A stretch of 64,000 nucleotides of DNA from Candidatus Limnocylindrales bacterium (GCA_035559535.1 DATMBG010000040.1:1-64000), one strand, 5' to 3'. Counted from the first letter of the stretch, positions 9,186-17,932 are shown. The notes: generated by a model from the sequence alone, not told the origin. Made by a program: numbers and translations.

Positions 9186-10181
9186 CTAATTATTAAGATC
9201 TGCCGGATCGATCAGATCTAAGCCTTTGGGGTCACCTCCCAGGGAACTAACCATCGTCCGTACGTCTTCGATCATCATACCAATGTAGGTATGCTCAGGG
9301 GATCCCACAGGACCTGGCAAATCATCGTCTCGCAACGTATCTATATACTTTACTCCGGCTTCCCGGCCTATTTGATCCAGGACCTTGCTGGGAAATACCT
9401 CAGAACCAAAGATGGCAGGGACCTTTTCTTTTTTAATTTGGTCGATGAGCCTTGCTACTTCTTGAGGAGAAGGCTCTGAAAAACTGGCCGGTTGAATAGC
9501 CCCTATTACAGTCATTCCATAACGTCTGGCAAAATAAGCCCAGGAATCATGATAGGTTAATAATTTTCGATTCTGAGGGGGAATAGTCTGAACGGCCGCT
9601 TCAATTTCCTTATCCAATTGTTTCAGTTTCTCCAGATAAACCTCAGCATTTTTAGCAAAAAAATCTTTATTTTCGGGATCCAGGGCTATCAATTTATCCC
9701 GGATGAGCTCTACATACTTCATGGTGTAAGGAACATTGAGCCAAAGGTGAGGATTGGGATCTCCCTGTTCTTTGGGAAAGCTGAAGTCAAAAATCCAATC
9801 CTTTTCGGTAATGGTATTATCTCCCAATTTAAGCACGACTACCCCGGGTTTCCCATTCGCCTCGATCAATTTCTCTGTGGGAGTTTCCAGATGTAAGCCG
9901 TTGAGGATGATTAAATCTGCGGCAGCAATATAACTGATGTCCGAAGGTCTAGGTTCAAAGGTATGGGAATCTGTTCCTTCCGGAATGATCCCGTGCAAGT
10001 CAATCCGAGATCCTCCTACGTTTTTAACCAGATTGGTAAGGGGAGCCACCGTCGTAACCACCTTTAACTTTTTCTCCGCTGCTAAGGAAGATATCGAGGT
10101 TAACCCCAGGATCAGGAACAGCATAAAACCCCAACCAAACCAGGACCGACAAACCTTCTTCCAATAAACAAAACTTTTCAT
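9186..10181 (-). CDS. Metal ABC transporter substrate-binding protein (cluster A-I, ZnuA/TroA-like)
   Basis: Signal peptide; ligand motifs DSHTFEP, NPHLW, YHDSW, RDDDLP. Confidence 0.93.
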   Translation of the reverse strand: MKSFVYWKKVCRSWFGWGFMLFLILGLTSISSLAAEKKLKVVTTVAPLTNLVKNVGGSRIDLHGIIPEGTDSHTFEPRPSDISYIAAADLIILNGLHLETPTEKLIEANGKPGVVVLKLGDNTITEKDWIFDFSFPKEQGDPNPHLWLNVPYTMKYVELIRDKLIALDPENKDFFAKNAEVYLEKLKQLDKEIEAAVQTIPPQNRKLLTYHDSWAYFARRYGMTVIGAIQPASFSEPSPQEVARLIDQIKKEKVPAIFGSEVFPSKVLDQIGREAGVKYIDTLRDDDLPGPVGSPEHTYIGMMIEDVRTMVSSLGGDPKGLDLIDPADLNN

Positions 10182-10232
10182 AGAGATCTTCCTCCTAAAA
10201 AATCAGGCGCAAGTTTTCTGATTCCATATTTC

Positions 10233-10296
10233 TGTAAAGCATAAAAATTTTATGTTTGTATTAACAATTATTAAAGAAGATCTCGTTTTGTCAAGC
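10233..10296 (-). promoter_or_regulatory. Sigma70-type promoter with a downstream palindrome (candidate metalloregulator operator) before the ABC operon
   Basis: Minus strand TTGACA-N16-AATAAT followed by the inverted repeat cataaaa-a-ttttatg. Confidence 0.5.
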
Positions 10297-10333
10297 TTTT
10301 AATCTAAAAAATTCAAGGTTAATCCACACGCTC

Positions 10334-10747
10334 TTAAATATCTTTACCTGAGGTGGTTTTGGTAAGCTGGCCGTGTTTAACCCCTTTGATTCCGATGAGT
10401 TTATAAGCGAATTTTTCTATCTCAGAACTCTTTCCTTTCACAACAATGGCTTCCAGGCAATTATCGGAGTCCAGATGTACATGGAGTGCAGAATTAATCA
10501 TGGTGTTGTAGGCATGCTGGATATCCGCCAGTTTATCGGTTAATTCACGGATATGATGGTTATATACGATAGTGACCACACCCACCGTTTCTTCATCACT
10601 TTCCCATTCACTTTCGACAATATAGTTACGAATAAGATCCCGAATAGCTTCCGAGCGATTTACATAACTTTTCTCTTCGATAAGTTTATCGAATTTCGCG
10701 AGGAGGTCTGAGTTGATCGAGACTGCAAAGCGAACCAGATTTGCCAT
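10334..10747 (-). CDS. nikR: Nickel-responsive regulator NikR
   Basis: RHH N-terminus (RFAVSI...NRSEAIRDLIR) and Ni ligands QH...LHVHL...CLE; RBS AAGGAGG. Confidence 0.95.
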   Translation of the reverse strand: MANLVRFAVSINSDLLAKFDKLIEEKSYVNRSEAIRDLIRNYIVESEWESDEETVGVVTIVYNHHIRELTDKLADIQHAYNTMINSALHVHLDSDNCLEAIVVKGKSSEIEKFAYKLIGIKGVKHGQLTKTTSGKDI

Positions 10748-10756
10748 AGCCCTCCT

Positions 10757-12595
10757 TTACAAATTAATCGTAAGGACACCACCGCTTATTAATGCTTTAA
10801 CAGCAATAATAAAGCCTAAGATGGTGACAACAAATGCACTGATCACCGGTAACCTTCTCATAAAGGTCCCATGACCTGTGTAACGATCCAAGAGAGGTCT
10901 GGCCAGAACCATTAAAATACCAATCGTAATTAAAACCGCGGCCAGACCTAAACTAAAAGCCACCAAAATAACCAATCCAAAGGCAATACGGTTCAAAGCC
11001 ACAGCAATCAACAAAACCACTAAAGCATCCGGGCAAGGAACAATACCTCCTGAGACCCCCAGGGATAAAAGATTCCAGAAGGAAACTTCAGATTTGCGGT
11101 GCAAGTTCCAAAACCCGGGTTTTCGGGGAGAGGTCTGAATCACGGTAGCAGAATCCGTTGAAGACCCATGGGGATGGGGGTGGGCCTCAGCGGGGTCTTG
11201 ATCATGCCGGTGAGGGTGATCAGGTCCATGATGATCATGCCCATGAATAGGGTGATCATGATGATAACCGGGTTCATAATCCTGTCCTGGATGGACATGC
11301 TCGTGGCGATAGTCTTGGGGAGGATGATGGGGGTTTAAGAAAACGGACGATGGCACATCTAGAGTTGTCTCATGGGAAAGTTCAAAAGAGCCGGCTTGAG
11401 AGTCAGGTTTATGGGGAGAGGGGTGGGAATGGGTATGACCCTGGAATCCATGACTGTGGGAATGGTTATGATGGTGGGTATGCCCATGATGATGGGTATG
11501 TTCGTGTCCGAAAGGATTTTTGAGTCGTTTAATAAAGAGCCAGATACCCATACCCATGATTAACAGCCCGGAGAGAAATCCCAGCCATGGGAAGATATCC
11601 TGGGGAAGCACATATTGGGAAGCATACAGGGTAATAAGTCCAAGCAGAATAACACTGGAGGTATGGGTGAAAGTTACTACCGTTCCCAGAATAATGGCGT
11701 CGAGGACACGGCCTTTACTCCCAACCAAATAGGCCGCCACTACCGTTTTACCGTGACCCGGCGTCAGAGCATGTAAGGCGCCCAGGATGAAAGAAATAAC
11801 CAGAGCCATCAGGATAAATCCAATTCCCAGTCGAGGATTTCGGATCATATCTTTTAAATGCTCGCTAATTCTCAAACCTCCAAAAGCATAGGAAGATTCC
11901 AGATCCTTCCTCGAAGAAGATGGAGAAGAGGTATCTTCTGAAGAAGCAACCACTCTCTCTGCATTTAGCTGGTCTTGAGGAATATTTCCTAACTCGGATA
12001 AAGCTGCTTCCCCGGTTAAATAGACCGCCGTTAGCATCCGCTCCAGGTCATTGGAAGATTTCTTACGAGAAGCTGGGGAAATTTCTTTTTTTGTTTTCCA
12101 AAGAGAGGTATCGATAACTTTGACACGACCCACTTCCACCAGGGAAGTTTTCATAGAGCCAGGAATGTCTGTAAACGTCCAATCGTAAAAACTTACTTTA
12201 TGCTTACCGGAAGGAAGCCCCTTAAGAAGGGCCGTAAATTCGTACTGTCCGGCTCGAGGCGTATAAGAAATAACTCGCCAGGATAACTCCTGCTCCTTAC
12301 CGTCAACCTCAACGGATAGAAGGGTTTTTAAAGTGTTCATCATTTCCGTTACAAAGAGCTCTTCCTCCTCCTTGGAAATTTCATTATCTCCGTTGATATT
12401 CATGGTTTTCATATCGGTCAAAGCCGCTAACTCGGTAAGTGCAGTTGAATAAATAATAATGACCCGATCCTCCAGGATTTTTACCTGAGTCCAATGATCA
12501 ACCCCGGTTCCGGTAAAGGTATGAGCAGCCGATAAGCCGGGAAAGGTCAGAACAAATAAAACAAGGATAAGATAAAATTTGATAGAATATATCAT
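10757..12595 (-). CDS. RcnA/HoxN-like nickel/cobalt transporter fused to an N-terminal exported domain, with a very long His-rich loop
   Basis: Start moved to ATG 12595 (RBS AAGGAG); signal peptide ...[43 protein letters not shown]; 35 His in about 115 aa. Confidence 0.88.
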   Translation of the reverse strand: MIYSIKFYLILVLFVLTFPGLSAAHTFTGTGVDHWTQVKILEDRVIIIYSTALTELAALTDMKTMNINGDNEISKEEEELFVTEMMNTLKTLLSVEVDGKEQELSWRVISYTPRAGQYEFTALLKGLPSGKHKVSFYDWTFTDIPGSMKTSLVEVGRVKVIDTSLWKTKKEISPASRKKSSNDLERMLTAVYLTGEAALSELGNIPQDQLNAERVVASSEDTSSPSSSRKDLESSYAFGGLRISEHLKDMIRNPRLGIGFILMALVISFILGALHALTPGHGKTVVAAYLVGSKGRVLDAIILGTVVTFTHTSSVILLGLITLYASQYVLPQDIFPWLGFLSGLLIMGMGIWLFIKRLKNPFGHEHTHHHGHTHHHNHSHSHGFQGHTHSHPSPHKPDSQAGSFELSHETTLDVPSSVFLNPHHPPQDYRHEHVHPGQDYEPGYHHDHPIHGHDHHGPDHPHRHDQDPAEAHPHPHGSSTDSATVIQTSPRKPGFWNLHRKSEVSFWNLLSLGVSGGIVPCPDALVVLLIAVALNRIAFGLVILVAFSLGLAAVLITIGILMVLARPLLDRYTGHGTFMRRLPVISAFVVTILGFIIAVKALISGGVLTINL

Positions 12596-12789
12596 AATCT
12601 CCTTATTCGACTGAATCTCCACAAAGTAAAGGGTCAGATTAAATTAAAATAACAGATTACTTAAATACTGAAATATAAAAAAACCAGAAGTGCAAGAAAA
12701 ATCTTTAAAAATCCCTAAGTTCCTTCGACTCCAGGTATCCTAAAAGGGACGAAGACGGAATTTTTGAAAAGGTTTTCTGAAGTCCTGGT

Positions 12790-13130
12790 TTATCCTCACC
12801 CTCAACTCCCATTGCACCAGGGTAAGGCATCCCACCGGTCTCTCCCTCGTTTCACAGGGGAGGGGACTTCGCTTCAAAGTTCCTTCCCCTGCCAAGCGGG
12901 GAAGGTGAGTAGGTTAAACGTCTCGTTTGACAGGTAGGTTAAACATCTCGTTTGACATTAAGGGGGGCCCTTCATGGACCTCACTCTTATCCTGACCCCT
13001 ATGCCCCCTTGCTCCTTCTCTCCTGAAGCTTCAGGAGAGAAGGACGGGAAGCAGGGTCCAGCTTTTCTACCTTATCCTGGTGCCTATATCAGTAACCTTT
13101 CTTCCACAGTGTGGGAGAAGGAAGGGGGCT
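12790..13130. repeat. Nested mosaic of palindromic repeats (MITE-like)
   Basis: Inverted 13-mers gcaccagggtaag (12814-12826) and cttatcctggtgc (13071-13083) enclose several C/G hairpins and a tandem 24-mer GTAG-REP. Confidence 0.75.
12909..12957 (+). repeat. Tandem pair of GTAG-type REP elements
   Basis: gtaggttaaacgtctcgtttgaca and gtaggttaaacatctcgtttgaca; further copies at 24656-24677 and 60598-60619 (minus strand). Confidence 0.85.
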
Positions 13131-13352
13131 TATAAAGTGGATCTATATAATAAATAATATAAAAGTTACCGGTTTGCATAATTATTTGCCCTACCTTAAA
13201 GTTTAATTGCTATAGTACAAACTGAGGTGATAACAGGTTAAAATAAAACTCGGGTTATTTGAACCCATCTGCTCTAAAATTCTAAAATAAGGCGGAAAAC
13301 CGATGTAATTGTAACAAGAACCGATTTTTTCTTTGACACACAACCCTCTGTT

Positions 13353-14804
13353 ATGTTACAGAATAAAAAAACCATGAAGGATCAGTTCCTATATAAATTG
13401 GAAAGTCTTCTCGATAAAGGAAGCCTCTGGATAGGATCGAACATTCCAGGGAAATATTATACCGATGAAACCGGCGAAGTGGGAGAGCCTGAAGGCGTAG
13501 GTCTACCTTCTTCTGTGGAGGAGGTGAAAGCATTAATTCAAGTTGCTTACGAAGAGGAGATTCCCATTACCCCTCGAGGGGGGGGAAGTGGTTTACGAAG
13601 AGGAGCTGTCCCCTCAAAAGGGAGTTTTGTGCTGAGTTTGGAAAAACTTAATAAAATAATCGATCTTGATAGGGTCAATTACATTGCTAAGGTTCAACCG
13701 GGTGTTATTACGGCTGATCTTCGCCGGGCAGCCCAGGAACAAGGGTTGTTTTATCCGGTCGATCCTTTAAGCTCCGAGATAAGTACATTAGGGGGCGATG
13801 TTGCCGAGAACGCCCATGGTCTCCATGGAGTTCGGTATGGGGAATTAAGGGATTATATTCGACGGCTTGATTTCATTCTCCCTACAGGAGAGATTGCACA
13901 TACCGGTGCAGTTCCCATGAAATCTGTGAGTGGATACGATATGAATAAACTTTTCATCGGTTCAAAGGGAACCTTAGGTATCTTTACAGAAATTACCCTC
14001 AAGCTCCTCCCCCAACCGGAGACCACCAGAACCCTTGTAGCCGGCTTTCGGCATCTGAAGGAAGCAGCGGCGGTGGCAAGTGCCATAATAACTCATCTAC
14101 TAACTCCCTCAGCCCTGGAAATCCTGGATAAAAATTTTATTCAATTTCTTCAGAAAAATTATAGAGACAGCCTGCCGGCTCTTCCGATCCCGGAGGGAGA
14201 GGCCCTCCTACTTATAGAAGTGGACGGATTTGAAGATTCGATTAAGCAACAACTTCAACAAGTGGAAAATATTTGTCAAAACCACAAAGTCCTTGACATA
14301 CTAAGAAATCTCTCCCAGGACCAGGAGCAAAAGCTCTGGGATGCGCGAAAATTGTGGTCTTACGTTGTACTGAACAGCAGAAGAAGCCAAATTTCCGGAC
14401 CGAAAATTTCCCCTGTAGAAGACATCTCCTCTGTATTATTTTTAAGTTTTTTTATTCCTCCGGCTGATTTAGAGAAAGCCATAGCAAGGTTAGAAGCCAT
14501 TCTAAATCAAGTTCCTGGGTTTACCACTCTTTTCGGCCATGCCGGTGAAGGAAATCTTCATGCTGCCGTTTCTTTCCCTTCAAATCAAGACTTCAAGTCC
14601 GTTGTCCCTTCCGTTTGTCGGCAGGTAGCCGAGATGGTCCATACATTTCAAGGTCTTTATGCTAAAGAGTACTTTATAGGTATGTCTCCGATATCCACGG
14701 CTTTTTCTCAAAGGATCTCACCCGGTCTTCAGGAGGTTTTTTCTCAATTCAAAAAGAAGGTAGATCCTCGCAATATTTTGAATCCGGATAAGGTTTTGGT
14801 ATAA
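13353..14804 (+). CDS. FAD-linked oxidase, GlcD/D-lactate dehydrogenase (VAO) fold, with a degenerate C-terminal catalytic motif (start may be ATG 13374)
   Basis: PRGGGSG, YPVDPLS, STLGGDVAEN, GYDMNKLFIGSKGTLGIFTE, GHAGEGNLH, DPRNILNPDK; canonical GEHGIG replaced by KEYFIG. Confidence 0.85.
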   Translation: MLQNKKTMKDQFLYKLESLLDKGSLWIGSNIPGKYYTDETGEVGEPEGVGLPSSVEEVKALIQVAYEEEIPITPRGGGSGLRRGAVPSKGSFVLSLEKLNKIIDLDRVNYIAKVQPGVITADLRRAAQEQGLFYPVDPLSSEISTLGGDVAENAHGLHGVRYGELRDYIRRLDFILPTGEIAHTGAVPMKSVSGYDMNKLFIGSKGTLGIFTEITLKLLPQPETTRTLVAGFRHLKEAAAVASAIITHLLTPSALEILDKNFIQFLQKNYRDSLPALPIPEGEALLLIEVDGFEDSIKQQLQQVENICQNHKVLDILRNLSQDQEQKLWDARKLWSYVVLNSRRSQISGPKISPVEDISSVLFLSFFIPPADLEKAIARLEAILNQVPGFTTLFGHAGEGNLHAAVSFPSNQDFKSVVPSVCRQVAEMVHTFQGLYAKEYFIGMSPISTAFSQRISPGLQEVFSQFKKKVDPRNILNPDKVLV

Positions 14805-14916
14805 AACCCAAAGGGTAAAACGTAAATAAGGTATCCCCCTTTCCTCCCCCTGTGTACGGGGGGAATTAGTCCGGATCTTATCTTTTATGTTTTACCTTTG
14901 AGGTTTTCAGGTATTT

Positions 14917-15717
14917 ATGAAAATAGACAAAGCCAAATGTGTAGGATGTGGCAATTGTACGTATGTCTGTCCTATGGGAGCTATCTATCTCGATCCCGCA
15001 GATCACCGGGCAACCATTGATGCCGATGCCTGTGTGGAGTGTTATACATGTTATCGCGGAATGAGCACAGAGCACCTCTATCCACCTCTTATTAGAGGTA
15101 TTCGGAAGCTCCTAAGCTTTTTCCGTCTTCGTTTTGAGCCGGAGCCGGATGTTTGTCCAACTGCCGCTTTTGTTCCAGATGACTTACAATGGCCTCGAAT
15201 CGTTCGGAGAGCTTTTAGTGATCCTCAAGTTCCCCATGAAAGTACCGGAATTCATGGAAGAGGAACCGAAGAAGTGAAAACCAATGACGTAACCAACCGG
15301 GTAAAGCAGGGAGAGGCCGGATTTGTAGTAGAATTTGGTCGTCCGGGAGTCGGCGCGCGTTTTTATGATATCCAGAAGATGACCATGGCTTTGGCCCGGC
15401 TTGGTGTAGTGTTTGAGCCGAATAATCCGGTAACCCATCTCATGAACAATCCAAAGACCGGGGAGATCCGTAAAGATATCCTCAACGAGAAGGTCTTATC
15501 TGCTATCGTAGAATTTAAAGCTAACTTAACGGAAGTACCCGTCTTATTGAACGAAATTGAAGAAGTTTCCAAACAAGTCGATACGGTGGTCAGTCTGGGG
15601 GTTTCGACCCGATGTGACGAAAACGGAGACAATCCGTTGGAAGAACTTTTACAAAAACAGGGTTACCGATTCTGGCGTGGAAAAACAAATTTAGGGATGG
15701 GGAGAGCCTTAACCTAA
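14917..15717 (+). CDS. Uncharacterised 2x[4Fe-4S] ferredoxin-domain protein with a conserved-looking C-terminal domain
   Basis: CVGCGNCTYVCP, CVECYTC...(insert)...VCPT; then FSDP, GRGTEEVKTNDVT, EFGRPGVG, GKTNLGMGR. Confidence 0.85.
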   Translation: MKIDKAKCVGCGNCTYVCPMGAIYLDPADHRATIDADACVECYTCYRGMSTEHLYPPLIRGIRKLLSFFRLRFEPEPDVCPTAAFVPDDLQWPRIVRRAFSDPQVPHESTGIHGRGTEEVKTNDVTNRVKQGEAGFVVEFGRPGVGARFYDIQKMTMALARLGVVFEPNNPVTHLMNNPKTGEIRKDILNEKVLSAIVEFKANLTEVPVLLNEIEEVSKQVDTVVSLGVSTRCDENGDNPLEELLQKQGYRFWRGKTNLGMGRALT

Positions 15718-15775
15718 AGGAAGCTAAAGGAAATTTTAAAGCTTTAGATCCTTGAGGTAGACCCTTTTTGAAAGT

Positions 15776-16462
15776 ATGACCAATACACTTCATCGATATG
15801 GAGATCCGGATACTTTAAAAAACGATTACATTGTTTTTGCCATTGCGACCCGGAAACGTAATGATGAGAACAGTGTCGAGAAATTTAAAACTTTTCTCCG
15901 ATTAGCGGCCCAACATAATCCGGTCAACATGGGGGATGCAACCAAAGGGGGCATGTATCAACCCTCTAAATCTTTAACTCCTATTGTGCACTGGCATCGA
16001 GAAGATCCCGTCCGAATTCAAGAAGTCATCGAAGGGATTGACAAGCCTACCACGGCGGCGGCTGTTTTTGATAACTTACAAGCGGTTAAGGAATTTCTTG
16101 AAGATTTAAAAAAGGCAGATCTCGGTTTATCTATCAATATCAGTGCTTTAACCGACGATGCCAATCGATGTTGCAAGGAAGTAGGTATTACCCGTCACAG
16201 TGTGGAATACTCCTTAGGATTTCGAGGTGCTTTAGATAAACTTCCCGATAAACAAGTCTTAGAGATCACCACCATGTGCGGTCATGGAATGATTTCAGCC
16301 CACTTTGCTAAGAAGATGATAGATTGGGTCAGGGAAGGACGGCGAACTCCCGAAGAAGCAACCCGATACATGGCCCGGTTCTGTAGCTGTGGGGTCTTTA
16401 ATCCAGTACGGGCTAAACAATTGCTGGAACAGGTATGCAGGCCTAAAGTCGGAGGTAAGTGA
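15776..16462 (+). CDS. Uncharacterised Cys/His-motif protein, partner of the upstream Fe-S protein
   Basis: MTNTLHRYG start, HSVEYSLG, TTMCGHGMIS, FCSCGVFNPVRA; same strand, 58 nt after the previous ORF. Confidence 0.85.
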   Translation: MTNTLHRYGDPDTLKNDYIVFAIATRKRNDENSVEKFKTFLRLAAQHNPVNMGDATKGGMYQPSKSLTPIVHWHREDPVRIQEVIEGIDKPTTAAAVFDNLQAVKEFLEDLKKADLGLSINISALTDDANRCCKEVGITRHSVEYSLGFRGALDKLPDKQVLEITTMCGHGMISAHFAKKMIDWVREGRRTPEEATRYMARFCSCGVFNPVRAKQLLEQVCRPKVGGK

Positions 16463-16539
16463 TTTCAGCCGGCGGTTCAAAGGTTATTATCTCTCTTCTA
16501 TTCTATCTAACCGATATAAACTGGGAAAGAAATATATAT

Positions 16540-16690
16540 CCGTATCCATTTAGTAGGTAGAAAAAGAAACACCCTCCCACATCCCCCCTCCAGGAGGGAC
16601 TGACGTAGGGTTGCTGCCGCTGAAGTCCCCCCGGAGGGGGGATGGGGGGGTATTCAGATAGAAAAAGTGACACCTACTAAATGGTTACAG
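16540..16690. mobile_element. MITE-like element, ~150 bp, with 19-bp imperfect terminal inverted repeats
   Basis: Left ccgtatccatttagtaggt versus reverse complement of right end ctgtaaccatttagtaggt (17/19); internal palindrome catcccccctcc...ggaggggggatg. Confidence 0.75.
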
Positions 16691-16710
16691 TTACAGGAAT
16701 ATTTGATGGC

Positions 16711-16739
16711 TTGACAAATTCATTCAGCTCTTTTACACT
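16711..16739 (+). promoter_or_regulatory. Sigma70 promoter for the pterin dehydratase-TPR pair
   Basis: TTGACA-17 nt-TACACT. Confidence 0.7.
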
Positions 16740-16854
16740 TTTTCTCATCAAAGGGTAAAAAATCCATAACAACCATGATTTAAGTAAATGGAATGCAGGA
16801 CCCGGAACTTATATTCCGCAACTGTATTCTATATTTGAAAAAGAGGGGTTCCTT

Positions 16855-17226
16855 ATGGCTAAGATGGCTACAACTAAACTACCTATTCTTCCCAATGAAG
16901 AAATTATGAATCGGCTCCCCAAAGAACTCCCTAAATGGGAGCTGGATAATGAAGGATGGATCAAGCGCATTTTTAAGACCGATGGGTGGCAGACAACTCT
17001 GATGGTGGTAAATACCGTTGCTTTTTTAGCTGAAGCGGCCTGGCATCACCCGGACATGTATGTAACATGGGCCAAAGTAAGTGTTAAGTTGAAAACCCAT
17101 AACGTGGGAGGTATTACAGAGAAGGATTTTGCTCTGGCCAAAAAGATCGATGAGGTCATAGGATGGATGCCTGGAGAAGATTCCGTTCTGGACGGTAATC
17201 CGAAAAGGGAAAAATGGGTAAGTTAA
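16855..17226 (+). CDS. Pterin-4-alpha-carbinolamine dehydratase family (PhhB/PcbD)
   Basis: AEAAWHHPD, LKTHNVGGITEKDFALAKKID. Confidence 0.9.
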   Translation: MAKMATTKLPILPNEEIMNRLPKELPKWELDNEGWIKRIFKTDGWQTTLMVVNTVAFLAEAAWHHPDMYVTWAKVSVKLKTHNVGGITEKDFALAKKIDEVIGWMPGEDSVLDGNPKREKWVS

Positions 17227-17232
17227 ACCTAT

Positions 17233-17547
17233 ATGGATCGAATCGCCCAACTTCAAGAATTACTTAAAACGGATCCCAACGACGATTTTTTATATTATGG
17301 ATTAGGATTAGAGTACCTCAAGGCAGAACGTTATCAAGAGGCCGTGGAAGCTTTTAAAACGGTCATCAAGTTGAAACCGGATTATTCAGCGGCTTACCGG
17401 GAATTGGGAAAAGCCCTTACCAAGGTAGGACAACTTGAGGAGGCCAAAAAAGTTTATCAAGAAGGGATGATGGTTGCAGAGAAAAAAGGGGATCTTCAAA
17501 CGAAGAAAGAAATGAGAGTTTTTTTGAATAGACTGCTGAAGCCATAA
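17233..17547 (+). CDS. Small TPR-repeat protein
   Basis: DPNDDFLYYGLGLEY, PDYSAAYRELGKAL TPR consensus. Confidence 0.85.
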   Translation: MDRIAQLQELLKTDPNDDFLYYGLGLEYLKAERYQEAVEAFKTVIKLKPDYSAAYRELGKALTKVGQLEEAKKVYQEGMMVAEKKGDLQTKKEMRVFLNRLLKP

Positions 17548-17684
17548 AACCTCATAACTTCTTCCCTGTCTCCTCTGCTATGTCTTTCTGAAACAGGTTT
17601 TTAGAATCGGAAGGAAGCTGGCTCCCGTTCCCATTTTCCCCTTTCTGGAGTAGGTTTTTACCCCTTCAACTCTCCTTCCCTCGT

Positions 17685-17812
17685 CACTCCCCTTTCCCCT
17701 CTCCTGAAGCTTCAGAAGAGGGGGAGGGGATTAGGCGTGAGGGGAGAGCTAGGATTCAAGCCATCCTCGAGTTCCCCCTTCCCGATGCGGGAAGGGGATA
17801 AAGAGGTTAGGT
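17685..17812. repeat. Composite C-rich/G-rich palindromic repeat between convergent genes
   Basis: cccctctcctgaagcttcagaagagggg and tcccccttcccgatgcgggaagggga, matching units at 718-880 and ~13010-13045. Confidence 0.75.
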
Positions 17813-17932
17813 TAGAAAAACTACCCTTATAAGGGTCCGGAAGGAGTCTCTTTACCAACATACCCTACACGTCTACCCTTGTAAGAGTTAAAGGGACAGG
17901 AATATTTCAAGCAGCACTTTATCTATCCAGAA

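Noticed and set aside
12909-12957. Possible mini-CRISPR (two 24-nt repeats)
   Set aside because: Only 1 nt between copies, no spacers, no cas genes; dispersed copies fit REPs.
13213-13270. NiCo riboswitch-like start gtacaaactgag near the Ni/Co genes
   Set aside because: The match ends after 12 nt, the rest of the four-way junction is missing, and it faces away from the metal genes.
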